From positions 358,337 through 422,336 of the forward strand of contig JAWLHY010000006.1 of the NCBI GenBank assembly GCA_041690135.1: a DNA stretch of 64,000 nt, given 5' to 3'. A program made the position numbers and the translations under genes. The notes beneath the pieces were generated by a model. That model had not been told where the DNA came from and ran no database searches. It saw nothing but the letters and a program-made list of their open reading frames with translations. This document shows positions 10,366-19,355 of the stretch, one piece after another; position 1 is the stretch's first letter, and each line of letters opens with the position of its first letter. This DNA comes from Armatimonadota bacterium (GTDB lineage: Bacteria > Armatimonadota > SYMT01).

Positions 10366-11064
10366 TTACGGCCGAGCTCCCAACACTTGCTGGATGGCCG
10401 GCATCAGCTCGCGCGCGGGTACGGCCACTGCCTGGATCCGCAGGCCGGTCACTTCGCGCAGCTCGTCGATCGCAAAGGGATTGTTCGGATCGGTCATCGC
10501 CACCACCAGCGTATCGGCCGAGCGGGCGACGGGAAGACACATGTGCTTGCGGATCACGGCCTGCGGCACCAACGCCAGCGCGTTCGGATCGATCGGGCGC
10601 CCCATCAGCGAAACGGACACCTGCGACGGGGGGGCCGCCGCCTGGAGCAGCGGCACACCGGTCTGCGGGTCTCCGGTCCGCTGCCAGCGGGTGTTCCCCG
10701 CCCGCAACAGAGTGAGTTCCACGGTGTGCAGCACCTTATTGCCGGGCATCACTTTCCCCGCGTGGACCTCGTTCCGGCGCGCCACGCTGACAAACAACTC
10801 CGCATAGCCGTTGGCCACATGCCCCTGCGCGGAGATGATCTGGCCCGGCCCCTGCTTCTCCACGGCATAGACCGCCGGAGGCCAGAGCAGGTTGGCCGGC
10901 ACCTCCAGGCGGATTTGCTCCAGCGTGCCCGTGCCCGAGATCACCGCCCCGGCGGCAACCTGGCAATCCGACACGACCTGGTTGACCGAAGCGAGCAGGT
11001 CTTCCCCCGCATCGACCCGGACGGCAATGACTTCTACGGCGGATGCACCCCGAAAGTACTGCAT
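10366..11064 (-). CDS. PPC/DUF296 domain fused to a GspE/PilB N-terminal (T2SSE_N) domain
   Basis: N-term VRVDAGEDLLASV..GAVISGTGTL; C-term IDPNALALVP..KHMCLPV..LVVAMTDPNNPFAIDELREVTG; purine-rich RBS before ATG 11064. Confidence 0.75.
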   Translation of the reverse strand: MQYFRGASAVEVIAVRVDAGEDLLASVNQVVSDCQVAAGAVISGTGTLEQIRLEVPANLLWPPAVYAVEKQGPGQIISAQGHVANGYAELFVSVARRNEVHAGKVMPGNKVLHTVELTLLRAGNTRWQRTGDPQTGVPLLQAAAPPSQVSVSLMGRPIDPNALALVPQAVIRKHMCLPVARSADTLVVAMTDPNNPFAIDELREVTGLRIQAVAVPARELMPAIQQVLGARP

Positions 11065-11557
11065 GGTTCCGTTCCTTTTCTCTGGACCCACTTGAGCCGG
11101 AGTAAGTTCCAGGTGAAGCTCGCCTCCCGCCCCCGGTGAATCGGAACACCTGTGGCGGTGCGGCGAAAACTTGAGAAGGCCGAACAGCCGGCGGGCAAGC
11201 TTGATAACTCCTCGGAGCCTGTCGCGGGACAGCGATCGCGGACGTGGGCGTTCCGAGAGGCGAACCGATACCGGTCAATTCGGCCCGGGGAGTAAATCGG
11301 CCTGCTTGGAGCAGAGGAAACGGCCTCTACAGGCGGATTCCTTACATAGGTTTCCAGGATGGCGTTGAAGCGGCGGGGGTTCGGGTGAGCTGGAGTCTCC
11401 AGCGAATGCCGCCTCGACAGGCAGCCAGGAGCGCGAGCTCGCAGCATACTTTGATGCCCACCGGTCCTCGGGGTCAAGCAAGACTTGCCCCCCCTGCTCA
11501 CACGAACCGGCGCCCGATTGAAACTGCCAGGGGATTACCCGAGGCAGCAGGACCCAC

Positions 11558-11752
11558 TTACCAGGGCTTGCCGGTGGTGACCAACCCGATGAGCCAACCG
11601 GCAACCAGAACCTCGCAGCCCCCCACCACGGCCAGAACGCACCAGACGACCTGCTGCCGCCGCCGGGCGCGCACCACCTCGGCGTCACCTTCCGGCTCCT
11701 GCCCGGCCGCCACCGGTAGCGCTCCCAGGTTCTGTACTTGATGTCCCAGCAT
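11558..11752 (-). CDS. Small single-pass membrane protein
   Basis: GAAGGGGAAGAGAG upstream of ATG; RRR followed by a hydrophobic helix. Confidence 0.5.
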   Translation of the reverse strand: MLGHQVQNLGALPVAAGQEPEGDAEVVRARRRQQVVWCVLAVVGGCEVLVAGWLIGLVTTGKPW

Positions 11753-11984
11753 CTCTCTTCCCCTTCAGGCCAACTGCTCGCCCGTATCAGGGCCGACTGC
11801 CGTGTGGGTCCGCCTCGCGGCATTCCCTTGAAGAACGCGCATTTTGTGTTGGACGTCTCAACGGATAGCGATGTTCGGGTATCGGAGAAGACCACTTCGG
11901 AGGGTCACACGACATCCGCGTGAGCGCGTTATTAGTGATGATAGTCAATTCCGGAACCGTTCAAACCCAACTTCCGGACTTCCA

Positions 11985-12028
11985 TTCCACCTTCCGTCTA
12001 CCTTCCTCCCACCTTCTTCCCACCTTCC
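11985..12028. promoter_or_regulatory. Four 11-bp phased direct repeats (nnCCACCTTCC), putative regulator binding array
   Basis: TTCCACCTTCC GTCTACCTTCC TCCCACCTTCT TCCCACCTTCC in a divergent intergenic region. Confidence 0.45.
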
Positions 12029-12089
12029 GGTGGAGTTCCCAGGATGCCCAGAAGAAGCATGGAGGCGAAGTTGCCACGACTAAGCGCCT

Positions 12090-12190
12090 GTGGTAGAGTA
12101 TTTTCAAGTTCAGATCGAGTTCGTAAGTTCACCGGTCTCGGAAGCCGAAGCTCTCCCGATCGCACCTTACGGAGGTGGGGGGGCCTTTTT
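12090..12190 (+). promoter_or_regulatory. Extended -10 promoter (GTGGTAGAGT) and terminator-like hairpin in the leader of the RRM gene
   Basis: Motif at 12090-12099; hairpin GCTCTCCC..CACCT-TACGG-AGGTG-GGGGGGC followed by T5 at 12186-12190. Confidence 0.45.
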
Positions 12191-12285
12191 GTTACCCCGT
12201 ACCGACGGACCGACTGACCCTATGCGGCCGGGGAGGCTGGCCGCCGTGATTCCGGTCCCAACAGAAGGGGGGCCGGAGAGGACCC

Positions 12286-12714
12286 GTGATGACCAAGCGA
12301 CTTTTCGTCGGCAACCTTTCTTTCAGGACTTCCGAGGACGAACTACTGCAGGCTTTCGAGGAATTCGGCGCCACCACGGCGACGATTCCCACCAACGAAG
12401 ACGGCCGCCCGCGCGGCTTCGGCTTCGTCGAGGTGGATGCGGACCAGATGGACGCTGCGATCGCGCGCTGGGACGGCAAGGAACTCTCGGGCCGCACCAT
12501 TGCGGTGAATGAGGCCCGACCGCGCCCGGACCGGGGTAGCGGTGGCGGTGGTGGCGGCTACGGCGGTGGCGGCGGCCGCGGTGGCGGTGGTGGTTACGGC
12601 GGCGGCGGTGGCTACGGCGGTGGCGGCGGCTACGGTGGTGGCGGCGGCGGCGGCGGCCGGGGTGGCCGCGGCGGTGACCGGGGTGGCTACGGCGGCGGTG
12701 GTGGCCGCTGGTAA
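12286..12714 (+). CDS. RRM RNA-binding protein with glycine-rich tail (Rbp type)
   Basis: RNP2 LFVGNL, RNP1 RGFGFVEV, VNEARPR and GGGGY repeats. Confidence 0.95.
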   Translation: MMTKRLFVGNLSFRTSEDELLQAFEEFGATTATIPTNEDGRPRGFGFVEVDADQMDAAIARWDGKELSGRTIAVNEARPRPDRGSGGGGGGYGGGGGRGGGGGYGGGGGYGGGGGYGGGGGGGGRGGRGGDRGGYGGGGGRW

Positions 12715-12736
12715 TCCTGCGCCAGCCAATTGGAAC

Positions 12737-12773
12737 AGAAGCCCGCGCGGCCGAGCCGCGCGGGCTTCTTCTT
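12737..12773 (+). terminator. Rho-independent terminator
   Basis: AGAAGCCCGCGCGGC-CGA-GCCGCGCGGGCTTCT followed by TCTT. Confidence 0.8.
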
Positions 12774-12815
12774 GTCAAATGTCGAGTTACCTGGGTGCGG
12801 GTCCGGTAGGGAGTC

Positions 12816-13982
12816 ATGGCGAGACGGAGGACCGATAAGGAGCAGGCAAGGAAAGCTGTCTACCGGGAAACGGGCGCCGCCAGGATCCACCAGGGCTGCG
12901 TGTGGGAGGACGCGGATGTGCTATGTGAAGCGCTCTCGCCCATTGCGCAAGGAGGACGCATCCTTTCGGTGGCTTCGGCCGGCGACAACGCGCTGGCGCT
13001 TTTGACCCTCGACCCGGAAGAGGTCACGGTGGTGGACCCGAATCCCGCGCACCTCTTCTGCCTGGAACTGCGGGTGGCCGCCTTCCGTCGCCTGAGAGAC
13101 TCGGAGTTGCTGGAGTTCCTGGGCGTGACTCCCTCCGAGCGACGCAAGCAGATCTACGGCAAGAAGCTGCGTGAACTGCTTCGCCCCGAGGCGCGCCACT
13201 TCTGGGACTCCCACGGTCGCGCGGTGGGCCAGGGGATCATCCACTCCGGTCAACTCGAGCGCCGCATCCGTCTCCTCCGCCGGTTCTTGCTCCCACTCAT
13301 CCACCCCGAAGGCCGCATCCGGCAACTCCGGTCGCCGCGCACCCCCGCCATGAAGGAAGAATTCTATCGCCGCTCCTGGGATACCCCGCGTTGGCGCTGG
13401 TGGGTCCGCTTCATGTGCACCCCGCGCCTACTATCCCACCTCGGGTGCGATCCGTCCCTGGCCGACATGGATGTCGCCTTGGGTTCGGCGAGCTCGCCGA
13501 CCGCACTGGAAGCGGACGGGCTGGCGTATCACCTGTTGTCGCGGACGCAACATGCGCTCACGCAACTACCCGTCCAGTCCAATCCCTACCTCGCCTACTT
13601 ACTCACCGGCACGTTCCCTCCCGAAGCCCGTCCGCTTTACCTGCGGCCTGGAATGATGGGCAAGATCCGGCGACGGCTCGACCGCCTGCGCTGGGTCCAG
13701 GGCCATGCGGAGCAGGCGGCGCGGGGTCACTTCGACGGGTTTAACCTGTCGCGGTTCTTTGAAGGAATGCCCTCCGAACGGTTCGAACGGGCGTATACGA
13801 CGCTGTGCGATCGTGCCAATCCGGGTGCTCGGTTCGTCTACTGGAGCCTGCGCTCCTTACCCGATCGTCCACCGTCCCTTGCCGAGCGCGTTCAGCCGCT
13901 GGAAGAATTGGCCGCGCAACTCCATGCCAGAGATGCTGCGTGGTTTTATCAAAGGGTCCATGTAGACGAAGCCCGCCTTTGA
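12816..13982 (+). CDS. DUF3419 family protein (BtaA-like SAM-dependent 3-amino-3-carboxypropyl transferase homolog)
   Basis: WEDADVL, LSVASAGDNAL, D.NPA.L..LELR and NPYL motifs. Confidence 0.8.
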   Translation: MARRRTDKEQARKAVYRETGAARIHQGCVWEDADVLCEALSPIAQGGRILSVASAGDNALALLTLDPEEVTVVDPNPAHLFCLELRVAAFRRLRDSELLEFLGVTPSERRKQIYGKKLRELLRPEARHFWDSHGRAVGQGIIHSGQLERRIRLLRRFLLPLIHPEGRIRQLRSPRTPAMKEEFYRRSWDTPRWRWWVRFMCTPRLLSHLGCDPSLADMDVALGSASSPTALEADGLAYHLLSRTQHALTQLPVQSNPYLAYLLTGTFPPEARPLYLRPGMMGKIRRRLDRLRWVQGHAEQAARGHFDGFNLSRFFEGMPSERFERAYTTLCDRANPGARFVYWSLRSLPDRPPSLAERVQPLEELAAQLHARDAAWFYQRVHVDEARL

Positions 13983-14085
13983 CGCTCCCGCAAACTTCGT
14001 GTTGCGTCTCACGGAGATCGCGTCGATAAAGAGCCTGGACAGTCTCACGAGGCTCCGTAACTCCTGCCATACATCCATTGCCTGC

Positions 14086-15672
14086 ATGCACTCCGCCAAC
14101 TGCAACGCCGCCGACCTGCTCGCCGTCCGCGCCGCCGTACATCCGGACCGGCCTGCCCTGATCGAACACCGCGACGGAGGTCGCCGATGCCTGACGTTCC
14201 ATGAGGTTAAGGCGGCGACGGCCCGAGCTGCCGGCCAACTGCGGCAACTCGGGGTGGAGGTTGATGACCGCGTGCTGCTGACGGGGCCCTACTCCCTCGA
14301 CCTTTACATCGCGGTGTTCGCCTGCTGGCAGGTGGGAGCGGTAGCAGTCCTTGCCGACAGCTCCGGGAGCGGCAGGTTGGAAGAGGCCGTCGAGACCACC
14401 GAGCCGCGCGCGCTCCTTTCCGGTGGCAGGAGCGGCTGGTTCCGGCGCCTCCACCCCAACCTGCGGCGGATCCCCATCCGCACCACCCTGGGACCGGCTC
14501 TCCATGCCGAGGGGCGGCGCAAGGCGGACGCGGTCGTTGATGTCGCGGTGAAGGTGGCGGAAGAACACCCGGCGTTGATCACTTTCGATTCGGCTGCGGC
14601 CGGCGCCGTTGTCCGAAGCCACGGCTTTCTTCTCTGTCAATTCCATGCCCTCCAATCGGAATTGCGTCCGCATGAATCCGACGTGGATATGCCGATGCAG
14701 CCACTCCTGGCGCTGAACAATCTGGCGGCAGGGATCACGACCGTCCTCCCTCCGGTCGGCGCCCTTCCATCCGGCTCTGCCGACCCATCATCGCTCTACC
14801 ACCAGCTAACCCGCGAAAAGGTCACTACGGCGAGTGGGTCGCCGGCCCACCTGGAGGCACTCGCGGCCTGGTGCTCGCGGCAGGGCTGCCGCCTTCCCCT
14901 CCGTGCCGTGTTTGTCGACGACGGGCCAGTCCTTCCTTCGCTGGTCCGCCTGCTGCGAGAGACCGTCGACGGCCGGGCTTTTGCCCTCTTCGGCCAGCCG
15001 GAGGCCCTGCCGATCGCCTGTATCGACTTCGAACAACTGTACACCGGCGCCACCAACAGCCGGCCGGGAGTGCCGGGCGGGATCTGTGCGGGATCGCTCA
15101 ACAGACTGCTGAACCTCCGCATCGTGCACCCTCACCCCGAGCCGATACGCCTGGGGGCGGCGGGCTGGGCGGAATGGGAAGAGCCCCGCGGTGAAATCGG
15201 CGAAATCGTCGTCACCGGTCCGCACGTTCTGCCGCCCCAATCGGGCCATGACACGGCTCCCATGCGGGAGATCGTGGAAGGGGATCGGCGGTGGCGCCGA
15301 ACCGGGGAGGCCGGCTGGATCGACCCGGAAGGACGGCTCTGGTTGATGGGCAGCCTGGGCCAGCGCGTGCGGAGAGCCGGACGGGATTGGTGGCCGATCC
15401 CCGCGGAGGTAGCGGCCGGGGCGGTTCCGCCGATCTCCCATGCCTGTTTCCTCGGCGATCCGGAGGGGGCGCCGGAACAACAGGCCTATCTGTGCGTGGA
15501 AACCCCGGGCGGACGGCTTTCGGAAACACAGCGACAACGGGTGATGACGGCGGTGGCTCCCACGCCCGTCGATCAACTCGTGGTCCTACCACAGATTCCC
15601 AGGGACCCGTGCAACCCTTTGCGCACGGACCTCGCCGCGCTTCGGGCACTCCTCCAGGAAGGCGCACGGTAA
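14086..15672 (+). CDS. AMP-binding (OleC-like adenylate-forming) protein with degenerate motifs
   Basis: PDRPALI, ALITF, GEIVVTGPHV and RTGEAG..D.EGRLWLMG; start uncertain. Confidence 0.7.
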   Translation: MHSANCNAADLLAVRAAVHPDRPALIEHRDGGRRCLTFHEVKAATARAAGQLRQLGVEVDDRVLLTGPYSLDLYIAVFACWQVGAVAVLADSSGSGRLEEAVETTEPRALLSGGRSGWFRRLHPNLRRIPIRTTLGPALHAEGRRKADAVVDVAVKVAEEHPALITFDSAAAGAVVRSHGFLLCQFHALQSELRPHESDVDMPMQPLLALNNLAAGITTVLPPVGALPSGSADPSSLYHQLTREKVTTASGSPAHLEALAAWCSRQGCRLPLRAVFVDDGPVLPSLVRLLRETVDGRAFALFGQPEALPIACIDFEQLYTGATNSRPGVPGGICAGSLNRLLNLRIVHPHPEPIRLGAAGWAEWEEPRGEIGEIVVTGPHVLPPQSGHDTAPMREIVEGDRRWRRTGEAGWIDPEGRLWLMGSLGQRVRRAGRDWWPIPAEVAAGAVPPISHACFLGDPEGAPEQQAYLCVETPGGRLSETQRQRVMTAVAPTPVDQLVVLPQIPRDPCNPLRTDLAALRALLQEGAR

Positions 15673-15678
15673 AGCCCG

Positions 15679-16317
15679 ATGTGGATCACCGCAACACGGA
15701 ATGCAGCCTACCAGGAGCACTCCCAGGACCGCCTTGTCGTCGTGCCGGGACCCGGAGGAGTAGTCCTTGCGGTTGCCGATGGTGCGGGCGGGCAGTCCGG
15801 CGGAACGGCTGCCGCCGAGAAGGCGGTCCGTTTGGTGGAGCTGATGGCGAGCACCCGGAATGCTGCTATCTGGGGAGAGCCGGAGTGGCTCGGGCTGCTG
15901 GGAAGCCTCGACACCTGGCTGCTGGACGACCCGGATGCCGGAGAGACTACTCTCGTTGCACTCTGCCTCTCCGAAGACACCCTTACCGGCGCCGGCGTGG
16001 GTGACTCCGGCGCGTGGATCATCACACCCTCGGGTCTCGTGGATCTGACGGAGGATCAGCAGCCGAGACCGTTTCTCGGCTCGGGTGCCGCCTTCCCCGT
16101 CGGCTTCTCCTACCCCTTCCGGCAGGGCGATACGCTCCTGCTCGCCACGGACGGGCTCCTCAAATACGCCGACCCCGAATCACTGGCGGATCTGGCTCGC
16201 GGCGCCGATCTCGAAGCGGCGGCGGACGCCCTGGTCGAGCGGGTCCGCCTGCGCTCGGGCAACTTGCCGGATGATGTGGCGCTCGTCCTGTGCCGCCGGG
16301 CGCCGGAATGCCCATAA
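15679..16317 (+). CDS. PP2C-family Ser/Thr phosphatase
   Basis: QDR, VADGAGG, GDS, LLATDGL and DDVAL motifs. Confidence 0.88.
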   Translation: MWITATRNAAYQEHSQDRLVVVPGPGGVVLAVADGAGGQSGGTAAAEKAVRLVELMASTRNAAIWGEPEWLGLLGSLDTWLLDDPDAGETTLVALCLSEDTLTGAGVGDSGAWIITPSGLVDLTEDQQPRPFLGSGAAFPVGFSYPFRQGDTLLLATDGLLKYADPESLADLARGADLEAAADALVERVRLRSGNLPDDVALVLCRRAPECP

Positions 16318-16438
16318 GAACGGTCGACTCTTCCGGCAAAGATCGTCAGCGGAAGGAAGTTGGCGGGTAGCCCCCGAAAGGGCAACCGGTACACTCCGGA
16401 TCCATTCTGGGGTTTTGACCCCGTCCACCTTCCCGTCC

Positions 16439-17809
16439 ATGCCTGACACCTGGACCACCGAGCAAGTACTCGATCTCGCACCGGACGCCAGCTCGGCCAA
16501 GGCCGGCCAGGGTCTGGCCAGCCCGCGCAAGTGGCTCAGCCTGGGCCGCTCCGAGCAGGCTGCCTGGGGAGAGTGCCAGGGCAGCGGCAAGACCCCTTAC
16601 CAGACCCAGATCGACCTCAGCGAGCCGGCCTTCCGCTGCAGTTGCCCCAGCCGCAAGTTCCCCTGCAAGCACGGTCTCGGCCTCCTTCTGCTCCTGGCCG
16701 GCCAACCGGCGTCCCTGACGGAGGGGGAACCGCCGGGGTGGGTGGCCGACTGGCTTGCCTCCCGCGCGCAGCGTGCCGAGAAGAAGGCGCAGGTCGCCGC
16801 GGATAAGGCGGAACGGGGCGACACCGTGGCGGATGCCGCTGCTCAGGCGAAGCGTGCGGCGAGCCGCCTCGAGCGAGTGACCGCGGGCCTTCAGGAGTTG
16901 GAGCTATGGCTTCACGACCTCGCCCGCGGCGGACTGGCGCAGGTGCAGACGCAGCCTCTCGGCTTCTGGGAGAGTCCGGCAAGCCGGCTCGTCGATGCGC
17001 AGGCGCCCGGAGTAGCCCGCCTGGTGCGGGAGTTGGGAACGCTTCCGGCCAGTGGCGCGGGCTGGGAGGAGCGACTCTTGCAACGCCTCGGACGCCTCGT
17101 CCTGTTGCTCGAGGCCTTCAAGCGCCTCGACACCCTCTCCCCCGAGGCGCAGGAGGACGTGCGAAGCCTCATCGGATGGACGCGCAACCAGGAAGAAGTA
17201 CTGGCTGGCGCCGGGGTGCGGGACCAGTGGACCGTACTGGGCCAGCGCGTAGAGGATGAGGAGCGCGTGCGGGTGCAGCGCACCTGGCTGGCGGGAGCGC
17301 AATCCAGCCGGTTCGCGCTGGTACTTAGCTTCGCAGCCTTTGGGCAGGCCCTCGACCCCAGCCTCGTTCCGGGTACCGCGTTCGATGGAGAGCTCGTCTT
17401 CTACCCGGGCGCCTTTCCGCTGCGTGCCATCGTCAAAAGCCGATACGGAGCACCAAGCCCAGCCGGCGGCCTGGGTGCAGCCGCTAGCCTGCGCCAGGCC
17501 CTGGAGGGTCCGGCGACCGCGCTGGCTTCCAACCCATGGCTGGAACAGCAACCACTGGCGGTAGCCGGAGTGAGGCCCGTCACTTCACATTCAGAGCGCG
17601 GAATGAGTTGGCGCTTGCGCGATTGCGAGGACCGCACCCTTCCCATCAGTCCCCGGTTCACCCAGGGCTGGCAGTTGCTCGCCCTCAGCGGCGGGTATCC
17701 CGTCGGCGTGTTTGGCGAGTGGGATGGACGCCACCTGCTTCCCCTCGCCGCCTGGACCCCCACTCACTACGTCACCTACCGTTCCGCGGAGAGTGGAAAT
17801 GCCGCGTGA
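16439..17809 (+). CDS. SWIM zinc finger protein
   Basis: WGECQGSGKTPY, CSCPSRKFPCKH and RLVDAQAPG motifs. Confidence 0.9.
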   Translation: MPDTWTTEQVLDLAPDASSAKAGQGLASPRKWLSLGRSEQAAWGECQGSGKTPYQTQIDLSEPAFRCSCPSRKFPCKHGLGLLLLLAGQPASLTEGEPPGWVADWLASRAQRAEKKAQVAADKAERGDTVADAAAQAKRAASRLERVTAGLQELELWLHDLARGGLAQVQTQPLGFWESPASRLVDAQAPGVARLVRELGTLPASGAGWEERLLQRLGRLVLLLEAFKRLDTLSPEAQEDVRSLIGWTRNQEEVLAGAGVRDQWTVLGQRVEDEERVRVQRTWLAGAQSSRFALVLSFAAFGQALDPSLVPGTAFDGELVFYPGAFPLRAIVKSRYGAPSPAGGLGAAASLRQALEGPATALASNPWLEQQPLAVAGVRPVTSHSERGMSWRLRDCEDRTLPISPRFTQGWQLLALSGGYPVGVFGEWDGRHLLPLAAWTPTHYVTYRSAESGNAA

Positions 17810-19355
17810 ACTCTGGAAAACCCTGTTGGCCCAGGCATTGCTGGGGACGGCGCGAAACAGTATGGAGGCGCCGCCCGCCGGAGGCCCTCTGGGCGAGGTG
17901 CTAACGCGACTGGAGGCGGGAGATCCCGAGGGGCGCTTGCTGAAGACCGCGGGGGTGCTCTCCCTTTACCATCAGGCGGGATGGGAGCCGCCCCAGGATA
18001 CTGCCGCGCTGCCGGATCCCGCACCAGAGGATGAGCGAGCGTGTTGCTCCGCGGGTGCGGCGCAACATCTCGGGGCCATCCTATCCGGCCGCTTCACCGA
18101 AGTGCTTCCGGAGTGGCTGGAGGCGGCATCCACCGCTAGGGTCCGGGCTCCGGAGTCGCTGCTGCCGGCGCTGTTGGACGAAGGCTCGAAAGGGCGCTGG
18201 AGCGGAGAGCGCCACCGGTTCTTGCCGGTGCTCGGCCATCGCGGTTCCTGGCTCGCGCATCAGAACTCGGACTGGAGCTGGGCTACCCCCGCCGAAACCG
18301 CGACTACCGATGAAGAAGATCAACTCTGGCAGACCGGCGGACGTGAGGCCCGCGGACTGCTGTTGGAACGGGTGCGAGCCGCCGATCCGGAACGGGGACG
18401 CCGCATGCTCGAAAACACCTGGCGCGAAGACCCGGCGGCCGACCGGGCCGCGTTCCTGGCCCGCCTCCAGGTGGGGCTGCAACCGGAAGACGAGCCGTTT
18501 CTGGAAAGCTGCCTCGATGACCGTTCCACCGAAGTCCGCCGGGCCGCCGCGGAACTGCTGGCACGGCTTCCCGGGTCCGCCTACTGCGCGCGGATGCTCG
18601 CGCGGCTGGAGGCATTGATCACTGCCGAGCGACTACAAGAAGGTCGGAACGTTTCACGCCTCTCGCTGGCGGTCACCCTCCCCCAGGAATTGGACCCGGG
18701 AATGAAGCGGGATGGGCTCTCACCGAACCCGCCCGGCAATTCCACGGTGGGGCGCCGCGGAGTCTGGCTGTCGGAGCTGTTGAGTGCGGTGCCGCCTTCC
18801 GCGTGGTACGACCGGTGGGAGGCTTCCCCGGCGGAGATCGTGGCGGCCGCCGTGCGCACGGAGTGGCGGAAGGCGCTGCTGGACGGCTGGAGCGTCGCAG
18901 CCCAGCGCTATCGGGATGCCGCTCTGGCCGAAGCGCTCCTACGGCTGGGAATGGACGAGACTCCCTGGGGTGAATTGCTGGGGTTGCTCGCGCCGGAGAC
19001 GGCGGAGGGGATTATCCTCGAGCAACTGCGCAAGGAGCACGGCCTCTTCGGCGAGTCGGAGGGCGCAAACCAGGTCTTTCACCTGCTCCGGGAACACCGC
19101 CGTCCCTGGAGCGCCCTCTTCACCCGGGAGATCCTCGCCGCGCTCCGGAGGAATGCACACCTGAAAACCGCCCGCAGCCACTGGTATCTGCGTTCGGAGT
19201 TGAAGAACTTCGCCCTTTACGCCTCTCCCGAGGTCGCGGACGAGGCCCGCCAGGGCTGGCCCGAGGGAGATCAGAACCCCTGGGGGAACGCTCTCGAGAG
19301 TTTTCTCGATCTACTCCACTTCCGCAATGAAATGCTTCAGGAGCTGAGCCGATGA
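17799..19355 (+). CDS. DUF5691 domain protein
   Basis: ALLGT, LG.RG.WLA..N.DW and DEPFLE..LDDRS.EVR motifs; operon position. Confidence 0.8.
   Translation: MPRELWKTLLAQALLGTARNSMEAPPAGGPLGEVLTRLEAGDPEGRLLKTAGVLSLYHQAGWEPPQDTAALPDPAPEDERACCSAGAAQHLGAILSGRFTEVLPEWLEAASTARVRAPESLLPALLDEGSKGRWSGERHRFLPVLGHRGSWLAHQNSDWSWATPAETATTDEEDQLWQTGGREARGLLLERVRAADPERGRRMLENTWREDPAADRAAFLARLQVGLQPEDEPFLESCLDDRSTEVRRAAAELLARLPGSAYCARMLARLEALITAERLQEGRNVSRLSLAVTLPQELDPGMKRDGLSPNPPGNSTVGRRGVWLSELLSAVPPSAWYDRWEASPAEIVAAAVRTEWRKALLDGWSVAAQRYRDAALAEALLRLGMDETPWGELLGLLAPETAEGIILEQLRKEHGLFGESEGANQVFHLLREHRRPWSALFTREILAALRRNAHLKTARSHWYLRSELKNFALYASPEVADEARQGWPEGDQNPWGNALESFLDLLHFRNEMLQELSR

Noticed and set aside
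11100-11550. Riboswitch or ncRNA in the long gap upstream of the DUF296 fusion gene
   Set aside because: Only small local hairpins; no recognisable consensus or terminator.
12536-12710. GGC/GGT tandem repeat as a separate element
   Set aside because: Fully explained by the glycine-rich tail of the RRM protein.
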